A DNA stretch of 59,038 nt, filler included, from Circinaria calcarea (Eukaryota): the NCBI GenBank assembly GCA_051942165.1. It is 3 parts of 3 records of this genome, joined end to end, with 100 filler letters (N's around TTAATTAATTAA, not from the genome) between each part and the next. Parts side by side here need not be neighbours in the genome. Positions count along the whole stretch, not along the records: positions 19,723 to 39,343 come from JAVECS010000199.1; positions 39,444 to 59,038 come from JAVECS010000200.1; 1 more part is not named here. One strand, 5' to 3'. The notes under the pieces are model-generated. The model had not been told where the DNA came from. It did no database searches and saw nothing but the letters and a program-made list of their open reading frames with translations. The translations under genes were made by a program, and so were the position numbers. Positions 37,829 to 49,466 of this stretch are shown here, piece after piece (position 1 is the stretch's first letter; each line of letters starts with the position of its first letter).

Positions 37829-39343
37829 ATGTTGTGCTATACTGTCCGGCGACTCACCATGTCACATGCCCCACCACAAGCTCCTCTCATCGCAATTGTA
37901 GGCGCAACAGGAACCGGCAAATCCCATGTCAGCATCGTGCAAAGCATCGTGCACAAGCTCTTGCTGATTGTTACTATCACAGCTCGCTGTAGCTTTGGCG
38001 AAACGCTTCCATGGCGAAATCATCAATGGTGATGCCCTCCAGATGTACAAGGGCCTCCCTATTGCTACAAATAAGATTCCCCGAGAGGAGATGCAAGGCA
38101 TCCCCCACCATTTACTAGGCTGTGTCGGACTCGAGGAAGAGCCATGGAATGTGGGTAAATTCGCCGCTGAATCTAAGAGATTGATCGACGAGATTAGGGC
38201 GAGACGAAGAATCCCTATCCTGGTTGGCGGTACGCATTATTATACCCAGTCGCTCATCTGCAGGAAGTCTGTACTTGAAAAGACAACAGATTATCTGTCG
38301 CCGGAAGAGTTGGAGGAGAAATGGCCGATATTAAGAGCAAGAGCTGAAGAGATGCTCGATGAGCTTCGTAAGGTAGATCCAGAAATGGCACAGAGATGGC
38401 ATCCTAAGGATAGTAGGAAGATCCGGAGAAGCTTGGAGATATGGCTACAGACAGGGCGGAAAGCTTCGACCATCTACGAGGAGCAGCGGCTTGAGAGGTT
38501 GGCGTCGGCACAACCAGCAGCCCTCTGGGGATTTGATCAGGTTGAAAAGGGACTGTTGGTACCTGAGGTCCGGTACCAAGGTGGACGCAGCGCCTTATGC
38601 TTCGATACGCTCGTATTCTGGGTACACGCCGACTCCAGCGTTCTCAAAATGCGCTTAGACGGTCGAGTAGACCGTATGGTAGTAGAAGGTCTTCTCACAG
38701 AGGTCGAATCTATGAGAAGCTTAAACCGCCAGCTGAGTAGTGGTGGAAAGGACATTGATACAAATAGAGGAATATGGGTGGCTATTGGCTACAAAGAATT
38801 CGAGGACTACCTATCCGCCTGCAAGGGCGGCGCCGAAAGGAATCGTTTAGAGATGCTGAAAGCAGACGGGTTGGAGAAGACGAAGGCTGCTACAAGACAG
38901 TATGCTAAACGACAGGTGCGATGGATTCGCCTGAAGTTGCTTCCTGCCCTCCGCGACGCCGGTTCAGCAAACCAATTATTCCTTCTCGATGGTACCCAAT
39001 TACCCAATTGGTCCACCAACGTCGAAGAACTAGCCTGTAGCCTGACGGAATCCTATGTAGCAGGGATGCCACTTCCGTCACCTGCTACAACATCCGAAAT
39101 AGCGATGTCAACGCTCGGGGTGAAATCGGCAAACGTACAGGCGCATGGCAGTGTTCATACGCGGGTGTGCGAGATTTGCGGGACTACTATGATGACGGCC
39201 AAGGAGTGGGAGGAGCACACGAGGAGTAAAAAGCACAAAGGTCTGCTAAAGCGTGCCCAACAGGGCTCTGAGTTGAGCTGCCGGAAGGGAAAACGGCCGG
39301 CCGTAATAGGAGGAATGAAAGATGATCTCGACTGTGGAGATTC
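37829..39343 (+). CDS. MOD5: tRNA dimethylallyl(isopentenyl)transferase; 3' end lost in the gap; two in-frame ATGs (37829, 37859)
   Basis: IVGATGTGKS, EIINGDALQMYKGLPIATNK, PHHLL, VGGTHYY, AIGYKEF, TRQYAKRQVRWI, C-terminal CEIC..H..SKKH zinc finger; intron 37928-37982. Confidence 0.95.
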
Positions 39344-39443
39344 NNNNNNNNNNNNNNNNNNNNNNNNNNNNNNNNNNNNNNNNNNNNTTAATTAATTAAN
39401 NNNNNNNNNNNNNNNNNNNNNNNNNNNNNNNNNNNNNNNNNNN
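39344..39443. other. Scaffold gap with artificial six-frame-stop linker
   Basis: N44-TTAATTAATTAA-N44 read directly. Confidence 0.98.
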
Positions 39444-40891
39444 CCGTAACCCAGGGAGCCCCTAAACCCCACCCCCTCCATGGACCCAATTCCCTTTTTC
39501 CGCTCACACTTCGCATTCCATGTCCTCATCCGTATCCTCCATAACCCAACGCACCAAATGAAAATGCGCTAAATCCTCTGTACCATAAAAATATTGCAAA
39601 CAACCCGGGACCGGAAAGGGTTTTTTCCACTTCTGCGCTTAGGGCTTGAAAAGAAGGGCTTGAAATGAGGAGCCCTAGGGCTAGATTATCTCAGGGACTG
39701 ATGAAACAACGTGGTTAGGGTATATTATGTATTTAATTGATATTTATTATTGTGAACGGGTTTCAATTCGGCTTACGTTGGCGTGTGGTCCCCTGGTAAG
39801 TGTTTATATCGAAGTTGAATAAATTTCGGGTGTATCCATGTGTGTGGGGTGAGATACAAGCACCTATCTTTGTATTACTGCGAAGGAACTAGCAAAGGAC
39901 AGTGGTCAGCTGGCTCCATGCCATAGACCTTGCCTTCGGGCATTTAGGTATATTGTTTACACCTCGCTATTACAAATGTACGTGCGTGACTCTGTGAGAG
40001 GAATGCTCTAGATTCCTTCCGAAAACGATCCGAGAACACCCTGCTTACATTGTTCTGCGGGTATGTGTAGGAATGCTAGCAGCTTCGAAATATAAACCTG
40101 AGGCTGGCGGACTGGCTGTATGCTACAGGAGATTGAATATCTTGATAGGCATATCATTGCCTCATGCTAGGTACTTGACCAAAATTCTACTACATAGCAA
40201 CTGTCCTGACTATGCCTCTGATCCGTCATTGTATATATTGAGAATTACCAGAGAAATGGCAAACTTCTAAGCGCAAGCAGTGGGTATTGTAACGAAAAAT
40301 CGCCGAGGCGTAAATATGCTGCATGAAGTGGGTCATGTCGGTATAAAGTGTATACACAACAGAAAATATATACATAGAATTGTTTTCTCGCTTCAAGCTA
40401 AGCCGATATCTTGCTGGAGACAGCTGCCGTTGCGTGCTTGATATCCCTTTACGCCGTGAAGAATTAGAGCGAGGTATCTAAGCTGAGGTGGGGCTCCAGA
40501 GTCCTGCTGATCATATGCCTGATTATATAAAGGATGCAAGTACGGCTGAGTAGCTGTCATACGAAGAAAGGAGCAGAGGTTAGCTGGCTAACCAAGGCCT
40601 TCGCGCCTTAAAGCCTGCCTTCGGGCATAGATAGAATTAACATTCTTTCACCTGATTAGATGCGTGCACCCTCCCGTGACAGTGGCGCCATATAACTGTG
40701 GCTGTTGAGGCATACCATAAGTTTGTTGGGCCTGTAAGCCTTATTGCTACTGCCATCCTCGGTCAACGGTTTGCTGCTAGGCGAGACGACCTAACGAAAT
40801 ACGCATCTGCTCTAGGGTCGTTGAGGGGCTAGAATGTGTTGCCTCATGTAGTTGCTGCTAACATGGATTTTAACTATGCAACCGCGCAAGA

Positions 40892-43800
40892 TTAATTGAC
40901 TGCCTGCTGCTCAGTAACTTGATCGGCAACACGATTAGGTCCAGGCATTGACAGAAGGGCAGGTTGGCCGTGTGAAGAAGCAGGTGATGTCCTAGCCTTG
41001 ATAATTCGCTTCTTAACCTCATCGTACATAAAGTCAAAGACAGCCCGCTCTTTAGCAAGGCTGACGTTTTTGTTGGATCTTTGTTGCGCATATTCTAGGG
41101 GTGCCAATCCAGATGTACCGCCGGTCTTTGCGAAGATATTGGCTCCATGCTTTACTAGTAGCTTGGTTATGTCCAGGTTACCGTTCCGGCATGACAAATG
41201 CAGCGCGGTCAAACAGGTACCAGCAGTCACGGCATTGACGTTTACATCATGCTCCAACAGCAACGCCACAAGCTGCACGTTCTCACTCTCCACTGCTATC
41301 ATTAAGGGTGTCTTGCCATCCTCTTGAGGAGCATTTACCCAGGCTCCAAACTTCAGCAAGACGGCAGCGCTGTCATAATTGCCAGCGAAACATGCATGAT
41401 GTAAAGGGGTACTTGGCAGCTTTACTCGTCCGGACGACTTGGAGAATAGACTTCGAGAAGCAGAACCAGCCGAGGAGCTGTTTGTCCAAGAATTTGCATC
41501 AATGCCTAGCTCGAGGAGAGCTCGCGCAACCGAGAAGCGATTTTTGGAACATGCAATATGAAGCGGTGTCTCGCTATTTTTGGTTCTTGTTTCTAGGTCC
41601 TCTAGTTGGTTGTATAATTTGTCTATAGCCTCAATTTGACCAGATTCCACGGCGTAATGTAAGGGAAGGTAACCGACAGAATCAAAGGTCCTGAAATTAG
41701 CCCCCTTTGCAAGTAAGAAATCCAATATGCGGAGATGACGCTGCTTCACAGCCCAGTGTAATGGCGTCATTTGCTCTGCATCAGGTGCGTTGATGAAGGC
41801 AAGTTTCGCCAGAAGGCAAACACAGACATCGAGTCGGTCGTTCATGGCCGCGGAGTGAAGCGCTGTTCTGCCCTGCTTATCCAAAGCTTCAAGATTTGCC
41901 CCTTCTGAAATGAGAAGCTCCGCGATTTGCCTGTGACCTTTCTTAGCTGCAACATGTAAGGGCGTTGAGCCTCCTAGATCAGCGGCCTCTTTCGGATCGT
42001 AAAAGACGTTCCGTATCACAGTGAGACTGGCATCAGTAGAACAGCAGAGTAGCCATTTGACGGATTCCACCTGATTTGCGGCTACTGCAAGATGTAACGC
42101 CGTTCGCTCTCTTCCATCGACTGCGAAGATATCAGCACCATGAGCCCTAAGAACCTCCATGCACCTAACAGACCCCCCAATAGCTGCACGCATGAATGCT
42201 GTCTTGGGTAGGTCATGCTCGGCGGCGGAGACACGAGCATTGATTAGCTTCGGGTTGCTAGCAAGAAGCTCCAAAAGCCTTTCAGCTTTACCGCTACTAG
42301 CCGCCTCAGCGAATTCCTTGCCCTTCGCGACTTTATCATTGCTAATCAACAATCGCGTCAAGGAAGGCATATGTGGTAACCTCTTGGCAGATTGATTGCG
42401 CGGAGATGCGCTCGGTGTATATACCTCCTGGATAATACCCAGAGAGTTTTCGATAGCCTCTTTAGAAGATCTCGGGGGTGTCTTTAACCTGCTGTTGCCT
42501 TTTCGGATGGGTAGCTGCCAATACGATGAATTTTTCTGCTCTCTGGTCAATCTGTCCGGGCTCGTGTCACTCACTGCTGCCATTGAAGGTGATGCTGACG
42601 GAGTCGTTGTATTGGATGTTGCTTTTGTGAGTGGTGAAGAGGATGAAGTCTTGTTGATCGTCTGAGAATCCCCAGTCCCGGTTGAGGTATCAGCGGAGGA
42701 AGTAGTTGAGTTGTCGCGATCTATATATATATTGTTCCCAATTCTAATGCCCAATGAGGAAATATAAGAAATAACATCTTGATCTCTTTGTGTAAGATGA
42801 TCAACAGCGTTTGCCTTTGAGGTGGTTGGTGGAGGCTGCTTGGGGGAATAAGCTTCTTGAGCGGTTGAGAAAGGTGCTGGAGTATTCTGCATTGCAGAGG
42901 ATAGGAGAGGCTGTTCAGTTCTTGACAATTGATGCACCGGAGAAGCTCGAAGGTTCATGAGTGGGCTTGATGGTGGGAAGTCGACTTTCTCTATTGGGTG
43001 AAGCTCGGGCTTTTCACTTTCTGCTATTGGGACTTCTGGAGAAGAAGTCTCAGCCGGCAAGGGTAATATAGGTTCATCGTCTCTAACAATACGTAGTTGA
43101 GATCCATCCTCTGTCGGCTTGACTACTTCGTGAACAGTCCCATCAATGGCGTTTACTGGATTTGGTACTATAGGTATGACGGCGTTGGATTCGGAGGCAT
43201 CAGCCACATTCTGAGCCGCCTGGCCAGGGATTGAATTTAGATGATAAGTACTATTGAAGTCATAACAAGGTTGGCCGATGGCAAGCGCAGTGGTTGCGTC
43301 GGAATTTGTGGGCTGCAGCCCGGAAGTCATAACATCTTCGGGGGCTGCGCCCGAAGATATGTGACCATGCTCTTCGTCCGGGACCGGATCTTGGTTCTCC
43401 TTCGACACAGGATCCAGCTGATAATTTGCCGGTAAGGGGGTGTTAGCGGAGTTGCTGGTATTGATATGACTCCTTTCCCGGCTCTTGTCTCTCGCAGAGT
43501 TGTTTGTGTCAGTACGAGTTCCTTCGAGGCTCTTCTTCATAGCAGAGTCGGCCACATAATTATGAGAGCTTCCCAAGCTCCTTTCGTTAGCAGAATCCAG
43601 GTTCGATACCATCGAAAGAGGCCGAGAGGACACAACCCTTCCAGCAATATCGTTGTGTTGTTCAGTCTCAAAGCTCTCAGCTTGGTGAAGCCCTTGCAGT
43701 TTATTGTTCTTAAAACACCCCGAGGTGTGGGCATCTACTCCAATATCTTGATCTTTGGCAAGGAGACAATCGTCTTGACATCTGCTCGACTCTTCAAAAC

Positions 43801-44963
43801 CACTGGGAGAGGACAGCACCGCCACTTTACCAAACTTCGTATCAGCTAAGCATTCGACGGCAATTTTTCCGAACTCCTCAACTGCACTCGGTATGGTCTT
43901 GCTAATCGTCGTAGTTTCGCTGTCAGCTTGCCTTTCAGCAACTGGAACATCGCCCAAGCTATTTACGGCCGGGTCTCCGAAGAATGGAACTCCTAGAAAC
44001 GGAAGTCCAAGATCCAAATCCAAGAGCCGATCATAATATGACCCAGGCTGTGATTGGAAACTGCTCCCCTTACCGATACCTTGCTCCTGGGCCAGGCTAG
44101 TTGGAGAGCTCTTCTCTAAAAACGGCCGTTTCGTTGGCCGAGGTGGTAATGCTGGTAGCTTGCCACATATCGAAGGTTCTGGTGCTGGTTTCGACTCATT
44201 GTAGTACTTGAGATGCCGCTAGTCCCGTAGGTCGTCAGCGAAGGCTGAGCAGGGGCAGTTAGCAAGAATGAAGCGTACCTTCTGGTAAACCTTTCTGTAT
44301 ATGGGTGTATTGAGAAGAATAGGATCCACTACAAAATGTACAGAGGGACCTTCGGAAAGTATAGATGCGGCATCCTCCAGGTCCTGTTCTTCTAGCGCCA
44401 AGGACGCAGTGTTCTCCTGAACTTGTCGTAGGGTTCGACGTGTTTCCTTTCGCTCCAGTCGCTCCTTTTGTTCCGTGAGTGTTCTGCTGTAGATCTGTCA
44501 GTGCCTGAATGATTGCACGTAGAATGTTCCGGGTGAAGGGGTACCATTGGAAGATGGTCAAGAGCAGCTGGAGCGCCCGAACCTGGACATCCAAATTTGA
44601 TGTAAAGTCCTTGAAAAGGCTGTCCAGCGCTACGAAGCGCAGCTTGTCAAAAACCGATGGTTTCGCTAGGTTGGTTTCCCCTAACTTTCGATCGATGACG
44701 GCAACCAGGACGGCGCAGGATTCGAGCGAAATACTCAGGTCGAGATCCAACTGGCGAGAGCTTTGGGACGAATCTTGAGTACTATTCCGCCACGCGTCAA
44801 TAGCTTCCAGCGCTGCTCTGATTGTCCATAGGGAGCTCGCCACCATCGATATGTTGAGCGCCGCATAATCGTATTTTTCCCGCAGGTCGTTCAGAGTCTT
44901 CGCAAGCTTGACTACACCCTCAACCAAGCTAGCGACACCGGCGATGCCACCAATTACCTCCAT
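40892..44963 (-). CDS. HeLo-like (fungal STAND N-terminal) domain + long low-complexity linker + C-terminal ankyrin repeats; exons 44963-44545, 44486-44279, 44218-40892 (1317 aa)
   Basis: N-terminus MEVIGGIAGVASLVEGVVKLAKTLNDLREKY...LESC...ALQLLLTIFQC; about ten TPLH/TALH ankyrin repeats in the last ~1.3 kb; both introns are GT..CTGAC..AG and keep frame. Confidence 0.85.
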
Positions 44964-45539
44964 CTCTTGCAGCGAAGATACATGTCGGTATAGTTCAAGA
45001 AGAATAGCGATAAGACGTTAAATGGGGTAAGATAGACAGTGGGCAATAGAGTACATGGAGCAGAATCGGGCAATACTGTGATTTCAGTGGCCCTGTTGTA
45101 AACGGTTGTGCCGCAATGAAGGCTGAGCAACGGTCAGTGACCGGGTATTAGAGCATCCACCGAGCCCCCTTGAGGCTGAAAAAGAACCTCTTTTCTGGAA
45201 CTCCATCTGATCTGTGTAATACCAAACAAAAGCTTCGTATGAACTAGCTGTCAGAATTTCAGTCTGCGATTTGACGTTGGTTTTTGAAGGGCTCATACTC
45301 TAATCGAAAAACAGTTCACCAGGCGCCAAAAAAAAGGGAACTCGGCGGTACAGAGTTTTTATTACCAGCCTACTGCAAGCCACCAACAACCTAAACAATG
45401 CCACCAATTTTCCAATAGTACTACTCTGTACTCCGTACAATGGAAGGCAAAATAATTCGTAGCGTCTTGGCAGGCTCGACAATCCTGCTTTTATATACCA
45501 GCCTAATATGTCAGGCTTGGTTAGAGGGTGGCGATACTT

Positions 45540-46650
45540 CGTTTAGTTGGCGTCTTGTTCACTCGCATGCTTCTTTTCTATAATAATTAGTTCTTCGCAT
45601 ATACTACGTATAGCCATCGTATTGCTCGTGCCTCACATTACCACATACTTTAGCCCTCAATACCTTTCAAGTAAAGTCCTCTACGGCCTCACATAATAAC
45701 ACGATCGGCCAAATAGCCGTGCATAGATTTATATAGTATAATCAAATCAAAAAAACAAAAGATTTCACCCCTGCAAGATCTACAGTGCTACGAATTGTTC
45801 TACCTGCCACTATAATACACCTAATTTAAATAATAAATAAATAAAGTTTTTCACAGACACGACTTTTTATTAACCTCGCCGTTATTTAATTATTTTCGCT
45901 GTCGCTGTCGAAATTTTCCCGCGTTTAATATTATATTTATATTTTAGAATATTTACTGTATTTAACGCTATTCAAAGGATATCGAGACTATATACTATCG
46001 CCTTTTGAAGCTCGACGACGCGCTCGCGTATAGTGCGGAGCCCTACCAGCTAAAAGATAGCTAGAGGTAAATACTTTACTTTTCTATAATACAGTTACTA
46101 ACCTCCGCTGTTTACTAGGTACGGGAGGTTTCAGATGGCCTTCAATCTCGTTGTTACGTGTTAGAGGAGGCCGCTCAGGCACTGACGGCGGAACAGCAAG
46201 ATTCGTTCTTTAAAAATGGATAAACATGCTGACCAAGGTGACGGGGCCGGTGCGGCGGGAAGGTATAACTTCGTTGCTTAGAAAGCTTCCGAAACTGCCT
46301 GTGTCGTGGGTGGAGGACACGGATTCTCAGCTACCCGGCAGGGCATGTCTACGTTGAGTATTGTGGAGCTTAGGCCGCAGCAGAAGGAGGAAGGGAGGAC
46401 CGGATGAAACAGGGTAGAAGACTACGATGATTGAAAGGAAATGGAAGGTTAGAAGGCCGGAGGAAAGGGGTTAGAAGCATTAACGGGCTGTTTTATGTAA
46501 CTTAGTGTAGCTTTAATGCAAATAAATCTTAATAATTTCTACTATGAATGCGATATATATAAAACTTTGCCTTAATTTTTACCAACGACGTGTTTTTTTG
46601 GATTATATAATACTAATTTGATAGCGGCGCTTGGCATTGTATTGAGAATT
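45540..46650. repeat. AT-rich RIP-like degenerate relic (repeat or duplicated gene)
   Basis: No long ORFs, abundant TpA, scarce TpG, CpG retained (by eye); fossil intron GTAAAT..ACTAAC..TAG at ~46067-46118 on +. Boundaries approximate. Confidence 0.5.
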
Positions 46651-46935
46651 CCATACCGCTGAGTTTAAGAAACGCCCCAAAATCTACGGTAGATAAACAC
46701 AGCCACACATGTACGTGTATGGAAAGATACATTTGGCATAGCTACATGTGTTTGCTGCAAAATCTATCCTCAAACAATTTCGTTGAAGTAGTGGTGGCTC
46801 TCAAGCGTCGTTGCAGGGGACAGCTCTATCCATTATCAACATCCAGACTAACCGTCTCAGTTCCTAACACTTGGCACTGTACTTCCACCAGCCATGAGGG
46901 CGCTCCCAGCACATGATCTCCCAATTAATCTCCCA

Positions 46936-47779
46936 TCATGTGGTAGAAGGCCCGGCAGCATCTGCAGCTTGTTTCTTGGTGGGTTTTCTCGGGGCACGCG
47001 TTGCAGCGCCCTTGCCGCCCCTTTTCCTACTACGGGCGCCACTCGCGTTCTTCTTCCTTTTACTTGTGCTTCTAGCAGGATAGCTCCCGTCATCAGTATC
47101 ACCCTGCTGCCCCTCATTGGCAAACCTAACCCGTTGGTCTTCGGACGCCCTCCCTTTCTTTATCGACGCATCTTGGACATCGAGCTCCTCGGCATCGGCT
47201 TCCTCTTCGACATGTTCTAAGCCATCGTTCTCGTCACTCGTATCTTGCGAATGACCACGCATCCCGTGCCCCGAACTAGCCTCATCCTCTGAAAGGGCCT
47301 CGTATGACATGAGGCTGGCATCTGGTATGTATGGTCGGATGGCGGATTCGCGAAGCCGATGAGTCAGCTTAACGCCAACCCAGAATGAGTTGAAGGTGTC
47401 AGAATGAAGGATCTATATATAGATGGTACTTGTCAACACACTGAACAATAAAGCTAAAGGGGAGACCTGCCGATGTCCAGGTGGATAGTGCATGGCAGAA
47501 CGCCAGAGCATAATGCGCAGAGTATACTTACAGTGTTGTACCAGGCGAACTTGAACTCTAGGTCAAGATCTGATTTGTCGAGAGACTCCAAGACCAAAAA
47601 GTCCACTTTGGCGCGCGATATCTCAGGGGTTGTATATTTTGACACATGCTTGGAGATATGGCGATTGGCGGCATCGACATAAAGCTCCACAATACCCTTC
47701 AGAAGTAGTTAGAATCTAGACCTGCTCAGTGTTGAGGAGACGATCCCAGAATCGACTATAAATGGGGACCTACGGGCAT
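46936..47779 (-). CDS. Hypothetical nuclear protein with acidic tract and basic tail; exons 47779-47774, 47696-47532, 47412-46936
   Basis: Introns GTAGGT..CTAAC..AAG and GTAAGT..TTGAC..TAG give one continuous frame; tail contains KRKK and RSRKRGGK NLS-like stretches. Confidence 0.6.
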
Positions 47780-48476
47780 GTTGGCTAGTCGGAGATTTGA
47801 ACAAGTATAGCAAATCCACCGTTGGTGTCTTTGATGAGGTACAGCGAATGGATTAGCAGCGTTCATAGGCACTGCAGGGGGATAAAAAGGAACAAGCAGC
47901 TGTGTTGTGTATTGTCATGCCCAGGTTCGATAGGGTGCCGCGGACGCGAGATTGCCCTAGTTCTCTGACAGCCTGCGGATATTATATAGTGTGGCGAGTT
48001 CACGCCTTGCAAGCCAGGTTTTAGCCCTATACTGAGCCGTAAATTTGACCCTTACCACTCTTCTATGTGCGTTGGCTGTAGGCAGGTTCCAGGTACATCT
48101 AGACCCTAGATATACAGAGGCAAATACCAAAAGTCATCTCTGCAGTTTAAGACTGTCCAAAAACTGGCAAGGAGTGAGCTTGGTTCTTGTTAGGTCCCGG
48201 ACGGTACACAAGTACTTTTGACATAGTCATAATTGGTATGGTGGTATGAATGTAGATTCACCAACATCATCAGAGGCACTGACCGAACACTGCAACACAA
48301 ACATATTATACTACATGAATCCACCCAGACACCTAGGCATATAGGATAGGCATACGAAGAAACATGAACAGTAGAGTCATTTACTAGCGTAAATATGAGA
48401 AAGGAGATTGTTTTACTACTTAGACTCTGAAGCTTCACCAATTGCCCATCTAGTTGGCCATGTCTGAGCATGCCTG

Positions 48477-49287
48477 TCATGTTGACTTCCACCTTACTCT
48501 CCCTACCCATGTTGCCCATGCTTGAACGTCTTCTCTGGCCGTCAGTAACTCAACAGTCCACCAGTCTCTTGCCAGCTCTTCATTGCTTGCGACGCGATGC
48601 ACAAAGCTGTGGCATGCTCTACAAAGCCAGGCTACGCTGTTCAACCTCCATGCCTCGTGCCAGTTTCTTTTAAGTGCTTTCGCATGCATTTGCCTCGGGA
48701 TCAGGTGATGATAAGTCAATGGAATCCAATCACGATCGCAAATCTCACAAGCAGAAGCACGGGTGTTGGACCAGATCGGTGGTGGACGTGTGGTGGCGTT
48801 GATGTACTCTGTGAGCACTGACGTGAGGATGTCAGACAGATCAGAGGTAGATGGGATGAGATGGTATGCTTCAATGGAATCTGTAACTGAGGTTGGTATC
48901 ACGGGCAGTATGGCTTCAACCGTGCTCGCCACCGGGTCTGTGTATCTTTCTGCCAGGTGGGAATCGGCCTGCATTGCAGAGAAAGAAAGGGTCTGCAGGT
49001 CGTGGGGTAGTACGTCGAAGACTTCGGTGGCCAAGAACTAGGCATCGTCAGTAAAGAGAGTAGAAGCTCGCTATTCCCCGCCGTTATACTTCAGAGAACT
49101 CGGCCATTTGCTCGGCGCTATCATCATGTCGCTCGCTTTGCAACTGCAATGGCTCGGTTACCTTACTACCGCCTTTGGCTCCTCGTCGCTTCGGAGACTT
49201 TGGGATGGTCCGATGAGATGTTTGAAAGATGGCCGACGAGAAGCAGTCGCGAAAGACAGCATAGTTGGAGGCAGCTTGATTGTTCAT
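48477..49287 (-). CDS. HNH-endonuclease-like protein (YisB-like), 2 exons
   Basis: CEICDR..LTYHHLIPR...LNSVAWLCRACHSFVH motif; intron 49089-49038. Confidence 0.85.
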
Positions 49288-49466
49288 CGACGGGTGTACA
49301 GTAACTAGACACCTACGGAGTAAAGTAGAGTATGCTACACGAACTCCTTGCCATCGGTAAAAGACCCCCCCGAGCCCCGCTGCCAGAGAGAAAATACAGT
49401 CCCACTTCCCACTTCCCACAGCTCCCACCTCCCTACAGAGTACCATGACATCTATTCCCCCCATCC

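Noticed and set aside
39698..39725. Hammerhead core CTGATGA, and nearby TTAGGG as telomerase template
   Set aside because: No GAAA after stem II; isolated TTAGGG units without a full template or array.
39931..40040. U6 snRNA (5' GCCTTCGGGCATTT resemblance)
   Set aside because: No intact ACAGAGA box or AGC/ISL region follows.
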